DNA of 54,927 nucleotides from a virus (Duplodnaviria; Caudoviricetes): IMG/VR virus record IMGVR_UViG_3300021425_000048, positions 1 to 54,927 of that record; one strand, 5' to 3'. Shown piece by piece: positions 1 to 5,703 of this stretch (position 1 is its first letter; each line of letters starts with the position of its first letter). The notes under the pieces were generated by a model. It saw only the letters and a program-made list of their open reading frames with translations, ran no database searches and was not told where the DNA came from. The position numbers and the translations under genes were made by a program.

Positions 1-81
1 GTGAGTCTAAGAGAGGAGTCTAGTAATCGTAAGTCTAGTCCAGAAATTTTTTCATCCTGTAAAAAAAAGAGCTCTAGAAAC

Positions 82-110
82 TTTCAGATACTCCGCGTAC
101 CTGTTATAAT
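82..110 (+). promoter_or_regulatory. Class I (putative early) promoter TTTCAG-N17-TATAAT with extended TG
   Basis: Same hexamer/17-nt/hexamer layout recurs at 968, 3316, 8748 and 13196, each upstream of an ORF. Confidence 0.65.
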
Positions 111-138
111 TATACTGTATCAATCAAACAATATACAA

Positions 139-297
139 ATGAATAACTTTTTAATTGATCATACAAACCAGGCGCAGGCCCTCGCCTCCATCGCGGATTC
201 CCTTTCCGCGATCAGTGTATGTGCTCAATGGGCTACTGTAACTCTAATCATGGTCACTATTGCTCGTTTCGCTCAGTGGCTAACAACCGAAGCTTAA
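139..297 (+). CDS. Small hypothetical membrane protein (52 aa; start moved to ATG 139)
   Basis: ATG follows the promoter and an A-rich leader; hydrophobic C-terminus. Confidence 0.55.
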   Translation: MNNFLIDHTNQAQALASIADSLSAISVCAQWATVTLIMVTIARFAQWLTTEA

Positions 298-301
298 CCC
301 T

Positions 302-691
302 ATGAAACTCTTGTACTGTAATACTTGCGGTGATACCTTCGGCCTATCGTATACTACCAAGACCTGCCAGTGCGGCGAGTGTGGTGGACATTACGAGAGA
401 GACGGTCTAAATGCAACGGCCTACGGTAACGCCACGCCACTCGGATTTGCTAATAGCTCTTTCAGGGACGCAAGGGAGACCCAACCAGAGTGGGGAGCCG
501 GTCGTGAATTTACTGCCTTTGTTATTCCTAAGGTTTGTCCTACCTTTAAACTGGTACCTTACGAGGAATACATACCCTCGGATGGTAACGACTACGGAGA
601 CGCCTTTGATGAACTAATGGATAAGGCAACACTGGACGCAAAATGGTCTAAGATAGAAAACGTCTTTAGGGGCGGTGATAGCGAATACTAA
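302..691 (+). CDS. Hypothetical protein with Cys motifs (CxxC...CxCxxC), possibly Zn-binding
   Basis: 129-aa ORF, tightly coupled to the previous gene. Confidence 0.7.
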   Translation: MKLLYCNTCGDTFGLSYTTKTCQCGECGGHYERDGLNATAYGNATPLGFANSSFRDARETQPEWGAGREFTAFVIPKVCPTFKLVPYEEYIPSDGNDYGDAFDELMDKATLDAKWSKIENVFRGGDSEY

Positions 692-703
692 TAGAATAGA
701 ATC

Positions 704-871
704 ATGAAAAGAATGACAAAGACTACAATTACCCGCTGGGCAGAACTGGCGGTATGGGGAATTGCTAATGCGATCTTAGGACTGCTGGTTTGCTGTATAG
801 GATTTGCAATGGCTGTTGCGTTTTGCCATGTGGTGGGATTGGACACTTCCTGGGCGCAAGGGATCCTATAG
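704..871 (+). CDS. Small membrane protein (55 aa, not in ORF track)
   Basis: Hand translation MKRMTKTTITRWAELAVWGIANAILGLLVCCIGFAMAVAFCHVVGLDTSWAQGIL; long hydrophobic stretch. Confidence 0.55.
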   Translation: MKRMTKTTITRWAELAVWGIANAILGLLVCCIGFAMAVAFCHVVGLDTSWAQGIL

Positions 872-967
872 AGACTAGGGGAACTATGTGCTGCAGTGTG
901 CGACCGCCATTAGATAATGTGCCGACCATCTAAGAACTAGAAAAACAAAACTTTTTACTTTAGATTC

Positions 968-996
968 TTTCAGAATAAACTTTTAGTAGTTATAAT
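968..996 (+). promoter_or_regulatory. Class I promoter TTTCAG-N17-TATAAT
   Basis: Recurrent motif upstream of ORF 1045. Confidence 0.6.
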
Positions 997-1044
997 TACT
1001 ACAAATAACAATAACACTTTTATTTACTCTTAAATTTTTAAACC

Positions 1045-1281
1045 ATGTCACGAAACTTAAATGACTGGATGATTACCGAACCTATTAAAGGTAATCACTA
1101 TAAGCTTTGGAAACTCCTCCCTGGCTCCGTGTTTGCTATCTCTACCCCTATGGGACCCTCTATGTTTGAGGTTATCTCTCAACGAGGTACACTTACTAAA
1201 TGCAAAAGCGGAGATACCGTTACTATGATTGATTCTTCTAATGAAGTGATCTATGAAGTAATGGGTACCGAGGCGGAGTAA
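1045..1281 (+). CDS. Hypothetical protein
   Basis: 78-aa ORF downstream of the promoter motif. Confidence 0.65.
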   Translation: MSRNLNDWMITEPIKGNHYKLWKLLPGSVFAISTPMGPSMFEVISQRGTLTKCKSGDTVTMIDSSNEVIYEVMGTEAE

Positions 1282-1346
1282 CCTTAAACACTCACACACT
1301 TTTCGAGTTCTGCACCTCTACATAAAATTTTAGGTGCTATCAATCT

Positions 1347-1420
1347 GGGGATGTAGCTCAGTTGGTTAGAGCAGGACTCTTATACAGTCAAGGTCATGGG
1401 TTCAAGTCCCGTCATCCCTA
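1347..1420 (+). tRNA. tRNA-Ile(TAT)
   Basis: Acceptor GGGGATG/CATCCCT, D arm GCTC/GAGC, anticodon loop CTTATAC, T loop TTCAAGT, discriminator A; no encoded CCA. Confidence 0.88.
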
Positions 1421-1423
1421 CAA

Positions 1424-1667
1424 CTCGCGTGTGAGGTTTAAAGCGACCGTGCGCTTAACCACGGATTTACTAAAAAGGTCTAGGTGATTCCTTTTAAGCC
1501 TAGTCCATAAAATTAATAAAGGATGCAAGCAATAGCATTACCTGTTAACCTATTGCCTAAAGATATTATTACGGGTGTACTCCGATACTCGTGGAGGACT
1601 ATAACATCGAGTAGAGAAGGTGAAGCGTGTATGCCACTGTCCTGAAAAGGCAGGCGCACACCAACTC
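1424..1667 (+). ncRNA. Candidate structured ncRNA with four tandem H-type pseudoknots and a terminal hairpin (family unknown)
   Basis: Intergenic, GC-richer than its flanks; eight interleaved helices found by hand (see findings). Confidence 0.6.
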
Positions 1668-1688
1668 GATTATTAATATTTTTAAAAA

Positions 1689-1928
1689 ATGTATGATAAA
1701 GAAAAAGACCCTGCCTTTATTGACAATCCGTATCTGACTGATTATGATCTAATGATGAGTCCTTGTGATAACCCAAACCCCCCATCATGGTGTGAAGGGA
1801 CAGGCGGTCCGTGTAACAACCCAAATCATGGACCATATTGCGATGGTGTACATAGTGTTCCAATTGATGGTGGATTTTTACTTTTGACTATTTCTATGAT
1901 TTATGGTATGTACTTAATTCGTGCGTAA
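1689..1928 (+). CDS. Cys-rich peptide with a C-terminal PID-CTERM-like sorting signal
   Basis: Ends VPIDGG + hydrophobic helix + YG + basic residue; two C-x-NPN-x(3-4)-C units. Confidence 0.65.
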   Translation: MYDKEKDPAFIDNPYLTDYDLMMSPCDNPNPPSWCEGTGGPCNNPNHGPYCDGVHSVPIDGGFLLLTISMIYGMYLIRA

Positions 1929-1960
1929 GTAAAAAAGCTTATCATTATCAAATTTGATAT

Positions 1961-2034
1961 AACCTCGTAGCTCAGTTGGTTAGAGCATCTCACTTTTAAT
2001 GAGAGGGTCCTGGGTTCGAGTCCCAGCGGGGTTA
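1961..2034 (+). tRNA. tRNA-Lys(TTT)
   Basis: AACCTCG/CGGGGTT acceptor, TCTCA-CTTTTAA-TGAGA anticodon arm, TTCGAGT T loop. Confidence 0.93.
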
Positions 2035-2110
2035 CTTAATTTAAACTAAGTATAAATGCATAGTAAAAGTAGAGGCTCGCCTAATGTTTGATTTTCCTTA
2101 AATCAAAACA

Positions 2111-2317
2111 ATGCGTAAGTTACGTAAATGGCGAGTAGAGATTATCCATGTTAATGGGTACACCGCTCCCTCCATACCTGTCTGGACTGAGGGTGACAGA
2201 TTATGGAAAGCAGAAGCTAATGCTATTGAGACTGCAAAGTCACAAAGCAGATTGGCTGACTTTTCTCAGTATACCTTTAAGGCGGTTCACTTAAACCCTG
2301 AACCTTCTGAGGAGTAA
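2111..2317 (+). CDS. Hypothetical protein
   Basis: 68-aa ORF with A-rich leader, followed by a hairpin. Confidence 0.65.
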   Translation: MRKLRKWRVEIIHVNGYTAPSIPVWTEGDRLWKAEANAIETAKSQSRLADFSQYTFKAVHLNPEPSEE

Positions 2318-2320
2318 ATC

Positions 2321-2354
2321 AATTGGGTGGTCGGTTTCTATCGGCCACCCAATT
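2321..2354 (+). terminator. Strong hairpin (terminator or processing stem; no U tract)
   Basis: AATTGGGTGGTCGGT-TTCT-ATCGGCCACCCAATT. Confidence 0.55.
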
Positions 2355-2395
2355 AAACTAAATAATAGTTAATCAATATAATAATAAACAAAGTT

Positions 2396-2710
2396 ATGGC
2401 AAAGCTACTAAAGAAAAAATACCGCAGGGAAAAAGACGAGTTAATTAATGCTCTTCTTAAGGAAGATCGAAGAACTGTTGTTCTAGGTATTGAAGTTTTA
2501 GAAACATCTAAGTTAAAAGGGTACCTCATCTATGAGTGCACATACCTAGATGCTGGTAAAGAAAAGGTTATCAATATCATTGCACAAGATATTACTGATG
2601 CTATGTCAAAGCTGGAAAATATACTAGGTTCAGGAATTCCTGCACAAACCGCTAGTCTTATACTAGGTAATGAGAAATTTGCAAACATACCAAAAACTCC
2701 TCTAGGATAA
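2396..2710 (+). CDS. Hypothetical protein
   Basis: 104-aa ORF after a TAAAC-N18-TATAAT motif. Confidence 0.7.
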   Translation: MAKLLKKKYRREKDELINALLKEDRRTVVLGIEVLETSKLKGYLIYECTYLDAGKEKVINIIAQDITDAMSKLENILGSGIPAQTASLILGNEKFANIPKTPLG

Positions 2711-2715
2711 ATAAA

Positions 2716-2838
2716 ATGGTTGTATATAAGATCACAGCAAACGGTGTTACACAAAGCACTACAACAGGTGTCGAGCTATACGCATCGATACTGGATAAGT
2801 TTAATATTGAATATAAAATAGAAAAAGAAAATGACTAA
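2716..2838 (+). CDS. Small hypothetical protein (40 aa, not in ORF track)
   Basis: MVVYKITANGVTQSTTTGVELYASILDKFNIEYKIEKEND fills the gap and overlaps the thioredoxin start. Confidence 0.5.
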   Translation: MVVYKITANGVTQSTTTGVELYASILDKFNIEYKIEKEND

Positions 2839-3109
2839 AGAAGATTTTAAAGGCCCTAAAGTATTAGTTGACTTTTGGGCTGAATGGTGTGGCCCATGTA
2901 AAATGATGAAGCCACGCATAGAAAAGTTTGCAGAAGAAAACCCAGATGTTAAGGTTATCTTTTGTAATGTAGATGAAGAGCATGAAATGGCACAACATTT
3001 TGGTATTAGAAGCATTCCCACACTCGTCTATTTTGAAGACGGTGAAGTCATAGGTAAAAAAATAGGGTCTGTTAGTGATATTCAAATTAAAGAACTTGTT
3101 GGAGTATGA
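2831..3109 (+). CDS. trxA: Thioredoxin
   Basis: VDFWAEWCGPC active site and the SIPT cis-Pro motif. Confidence 0.95.
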   Translation: MTKEDFKGPKVLVDFWAEWCGPCKMMKPRIEKFAEENPDVKVIFCNVDEEHEMAQHFGIRSIPTLVYFEDGEVIGKKIGSVSDIQIKELVGV

Positions 3110-3303
3110 ATCTGATTCAATATATTACGATATACTTTTTGGTTGGAGTTGCATGTTCATTTTCATTTGAAACGATCTATCGCAAATTAGGAATGGATGA
3201 ACCTAGTACTGGTGAAAGATTCTATTGGCTATTTCTTTGGCCTATCTTTGTCCTCGTTTTTATATGGGGTGCATTTTTCTTTAATGATGATGACGATAAT
3301 TAA
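3106..3303 (+). CDS. Small two-TM membrane protein
   Basis: Two hydrophobic segments; ATGA overlap with thioredoxin. Confidence 0.7.
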   Translation: MNLIQYITIYFLVGVACSFSFETIYRKLGMDEPSTGERFYWLFLWPIFVLVFIWGAFFFNDDDDN

Positions 3304-3315
3304 TTTCAGTTTTTC

Positions 3316-3344
3316 TTTCACTTCATATCCATACTTGTTATAAT
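3316..3344 (+). promoter_or_regulatory. Class I promoter TTTCAC-N17-TATAAT
   Basis: TGTTATAATTATACTGTA is identical at 102-119 and 3336-3353. Confidence 0.65.
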
Positions 3345-3371
3345 TATACTGTAACAAACAATTTAATAAAA

Positions 3372-3599
3372 ATGAAAAATTACACTGCAACTGCTTCTGC
3401 TGCATTTCTTCTTATTATTGGAGGTCTTGCTATAACGCTGCTACTTACGTGGCCAATGCAAATCCTTTGGAACATATGCTTAGTACCGGCAATTGATCCT
3501 ATCAATGAAATTACATTTTGGCAAGCATTAGGAATAAATGTTTTATTCTCAATAGTCTTCGGTAAAACTGGCCTAACAAGTAAAAAGTCTACAAAATAA
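3372..3599 (+). CDS. Small membrane protein
   Basis: Hydrophobic, with LWN...ITFWQALG motif. Confidence 0.7.
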   Translation: MKNYTATASAAFLLIIGGLAITLLLTWPMQILWNICLVPAIDPINEITFWQALGINVLFSIVFGKTGLTSKKSTK

Positions 3600-3606
3600 A
3601 ATGAAT

Positions 3607-3695
3607 GCCGCTGTGGTGAAATTGGTAGACACGAGGGACTTAAAATCCCTTTCGCCGAACGGTGAGTGCCGGTTCGAATCCGGCCAGCGGTACCA
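3607..3695 (+). tRNA. tRNA-Leu(TAA)
   Basis: GCCGCTG/CAGCGGT acceptor, AGGGA-CTTAAAA-TCCCT, long variable arm, encoded CCA. Confidence 0.95.
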
Positions 3696-3712
3696 ATCTT
3701 AAATTAATAATT

Positions 3713-3973
3713 ATGAAAAAATTTAAAAAGGACGACAAAGTCAAATGGATTTCTAAAATGACTATTGTTCCACACCCTGAAGGAAAGACTGACCGTAAAG
3801 GTGAAGTACTTCCAGTATTCCGTGATAAAGAATGCTATGGTCGAATCATTAGCGAAACCTCTAGGGGCCGATGGACGGTAAGACCAGACTGGGCAGAGGA
3901 GTACAAAGATAAAATGTGCGGTGAACGCTATTATGATAAAATGATTAAAGAATCTGAACTTACCCTTATCTAA
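3713..3973 (+). CDS. Hypothetical protein (start moved to ATG 3713, outside the tRNA)
   Basis: MKKFKKDDKVKW...; the upstream GTG start lies inside tRNA-Leu. Confidence 0.7.
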   Translation: MKKFKKDDKVKWISKMTIVPHPEGKTDRKGEVLPVFRDKECYGRIISETSRGRWTVRPDWAEEYKDKMCGERYYDKMIKESELTLI

Positions 3974-3975
3974 CC

Positions 3976-4248
3976 ATGAGTATTGAAGTAAAAGAAACAC
4001 ATGAATTTGAAATGCCGATGGATATTCAAATCGAAGAATCTAAAGAAGTTTGGTGGGCATCTACTATCGAATATGATCTTACCGTTAATGGCCAAGAATG
4101 GTCTGTGAGAGTTGCTGAAACTCCTAAGGGTACTGACTTCTATTATTTTACTGAAGACGGTTGGGAACCTTTTACTGAAGAAGGCGAGGAACCTGTACTT
4201 GATGCGATTTACGAAGCATGGTCTGACGGAGAATTAATTCACGAATAA
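3976..4248 (+). CDS. Acidic hypothetical protein
   Basis: 90-aa ORF, Glu-rich. Confidence 0.7.
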   Translation: MSIEVKETHEFEMPMDIQIEESKEVWWASTIEYDLTVNGQEWSVRVAETPKGTDFYYFTEDGWEPFTEEGEEPVLDAIYEAWSDGELIHE

Positions 4249-4254
4249 CAATAT

Positions 4255-4328
4255 GGACCAGTAGCTCAGTTGGATAGAGCATCTGCCTTCTAAGCAGACG
4301 GTCACAGGTTCGAATCCTGTCTGGTTCA
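4255..4328 (+). tRNA. tRNA-Arg(TCT)
   Basis: GGACCAG/CTGGTTC acceptor, TCTGC-CTTCTAA-GCAGA, TTCGAAT T loop. Confidence 0.95.
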
Positions 4329-4332
4329 CAAA

Positions 4333-4423
4333 GAGAGGTATAGTGAAGCTGATCAAATTGAGAATAAGGTAAAGGTTAACCTCTCATTAATGCAGTAACC
4401 TTGAAAGACCCGAAATACCTCTC
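4333..4423 (+). ncRNA. Candidate 91-nt structured RNA with a closing stem and a pseudoknot
   Basis: GAGAGGTAT/ATACCTCTC 9-bp closing stem; inner TGAG/CTCA and AGGT/ACCT; loop AAGGTTA pairs with TAACCTT. Confidence 0.5.
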
Positions 4424-4426
4424 GAC

Positions 4427-4447
4427 GGACTTTTAGCTCAGTTGGAT
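4427..4447 (+). pseudogene. Truncated tRNA 5' fragment
   Basis: GGACTTT-TA-GCTC-AGTTGGAT matches the start of tRNA-Arg at 4255, then breaks off. Confidence 0.6.
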
Positions 4448-4476
4448 CTTTTTGAATATATAAAAAAACAAATACT

Positions 4477-4938
4477 ATGATAAACATATATGGCACAAAT
4501 GCAGGTGGCACTCCTACAGGATGGACCACTAAGATTACATCCCTAATGAATGTTGCTGAGTACGGAGTTTATGATTCAAAAGACTATGATCAAGCCCAGG
4601 CAAATTTACCTTGGATTGTTGCATTAGAAGATGGTGAAGACAGACTGAAAATAGCAAACAGTATATTAAAAGGATCTACCTTTTATCAATTCTTTGATGG
4701 CTGTAATAATTTAGCCGGCGTTGACTTCGGTGAAGGTTTAGTTGTTGGGTGTTGCTCTTTGATTAGACCTAATACAAAAATTGGAAATCAAGTTTATATC
4801 GGCGCAGGTACTATCATTGATATTGGTTGTACTATTGGTGATGGTGTAACTATTGGAGATAATGTAACCGTTGGAGAAAATGTTACTATTCCAGCTAATA
4901 CCGTTATACCATCCGGTTCTGTAGTTACCGCAGAATAA
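4477..4938 (+). CDS. Left-handed beta-helix (hexapeptide-repeat) protein, PglD/NeuD acetyltransferase-like
   Basis: C-terminal [IV]G-x-x-x-x repeats (KIGNQVYIGAGTIIDIGCTIGDGVTIGDNVTVG). Confidence 0.7.
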   Translation: MINIYGTNAGGTPTGWTTKITSLMNVAEYGVYDSKDYDQAQANLPWIVALEDGEDRLKIANSILKGSTFYQFFDGCNNLAGVDFGEGLVVGCCSLIRPNTKIGNQVYIGAGTIIDIGCTIGDGVTIGDNVTVGENVTIPANTVIPSGSVVTAE

Positions 4939-4965
4939 TATTCATAGAAAATACATTACTTAAAT

Positions 4966-5000
4966 AAAGCCTAGAGTCTTATGATTCTAGGTTTTCTTTT
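4966..5000 (+). terminator. Intrinsic terminator
   Basis: AAAGCCTAGAGTC-TTAT-GATTCTAGGTTTT followed by T-rich tail. Confidence 0.75.
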
Positions 5001-5049
5001 GTTAAACCTTTTTACATTAATGTATATAATAATAAACAAAAACTAAATT

Positions 5050-5394
5050 ATGGAAACACTTTATTTTACTTTAGGAATACTTACGGTCCTTGTTATATTA
5101 GGGGTCATTGGTATTGTTAAGGTCTGGCAGAAGGTTTCAGAATTGTCAATCATTGAAGACGATTTAAGAAACCACATTAATTTAATTGCAGATGATCTAA
5201 ATACAGAACTGCATAACTTACAAGACTTAACAACAGAGGATCTTAACAGAATCGAACGTGGCTTTATAGAAGAAACATCTGAACTATCCAGAATGGTAGA
5301 TTCTCGTTTAGACAAATTCGATCATAAGGTTAATTCTCGCTTAGATAAATTTGATTCTACATTAGGTAGTATTATAGTTAAATTTAATAAGTAA
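5050..5394 (+). CDS. Membrane-anchored coiled-coil protein
   Basis: N-terminal TM; SRLDKFD repeated twice. Confidence 0.7.
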   Translation: METLYFTLGILTVLVILGVIGIVKVWQKVSELSIIEDDLRNHINLIADDLNTELHNLQDLTTEDLNRIERGFIEETSELSRMVDSRLDKFDHKVNSRLDKFDSTLGSIIVKFNK

Positions 5395-5414
5395 TAAAAC
5401 CGTGAACGGTATTT

Positions 5415-5487
5415 TACCCCTTGGTGTAATTGGCAACACGTCTGATTTTGGTTCAGAAGAGCGTAGGTTCGAACCCTGCAGGGGTAA
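5415..5487 (+). tRNA. tRNA-Gln(TTG)
   Basis: TACCCCT/AGGGGTA acceptor, TCTGA-TTTTGGT-TCAGA anticodon arm. Confidence 0.93.
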
Positions 5488-5491
5488 CTCT

Positions 5492-5564
5492 CGGGATGTG
5501 GCGCAGTTGGTAGCGCACCGCGTTTGGGACGCGGGGGTCCTAGGTTCGAGTCCTAGTATCCCGA
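5492..5564 (+). tRNA. tRNA-Pro(TGG)
   Basis: CGGGATG/TATCCCG acceptor, CCGCG-TTTGGGA-CGCGG anticodon arm. Confidence 0.95.
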
Positions 5565-5570
5565 CGAAAG

Positions 5571-5599
5571 GGCTGCAGAATATTCTGCGGCCTTTTTTT
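5571..5599 (+). terminator. Intrinsic terminator after the tRNA cluster
   Basis: GGCTGCAGAA/TTCTGCGGCC stem plus T7. Confidence 0.85.
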
Positions 5600-5666
5600 A
5601 TAAAAGGATTACCTTAAAGAAAGCTAACGAGTTTCACTCGCTCCTAAGCTAACTTTAATTAATCAT

Positions 5667-5682
5667 ATACTTTCTTTAATAA
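5667..5682. repeat. Left arm of a 16-bp perfect inverted repeat flanking the TonB receptor gene
   Basis: ATACTTTCTTTAATAA is the reverse complement of 8443-8458. Confidence 0.85.
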
Positions 5683-5703
5683 CTAAATTAATCAAAACAA
5701 ATC

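Noticed and set aside
1-40. AGTCTA three times (4, 17, 32) at the window start
   Set aside because: Short, unevenly spaced and cut by the window edge; cannot support an origin or terminus call
872-940. Small hairpin TTAGAT/ATCTAA and near-repeat GTGC(C)GACC
   Set aside because: Too little structure to call an ncRNA
1523-1645. 40-aa ORF MQAIALPVNLL... inside the ncRNA candidate
   Set aside because: Short and overlaps dense base-paired structure; kept only as the alternative explanation
1424-1667. Calling the pseudoknot RNA a tmRNA
   Set aside because: No GGGG acceptor with G3-U70, no TTCRA T loop and no tag ending in ALAA-like residues
4333-4423. Hammerhead ribozyme or TPP riboswitch
   Set aside because: CTGATCA breaks the CUGANGA core and stems I and II do not form; TPP-like words are in the wrong order
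5402-5617. 71-aa ORF in the track
   Set aside because: Overlaps tRNA-Gln, tRNA-Pro and a terminator
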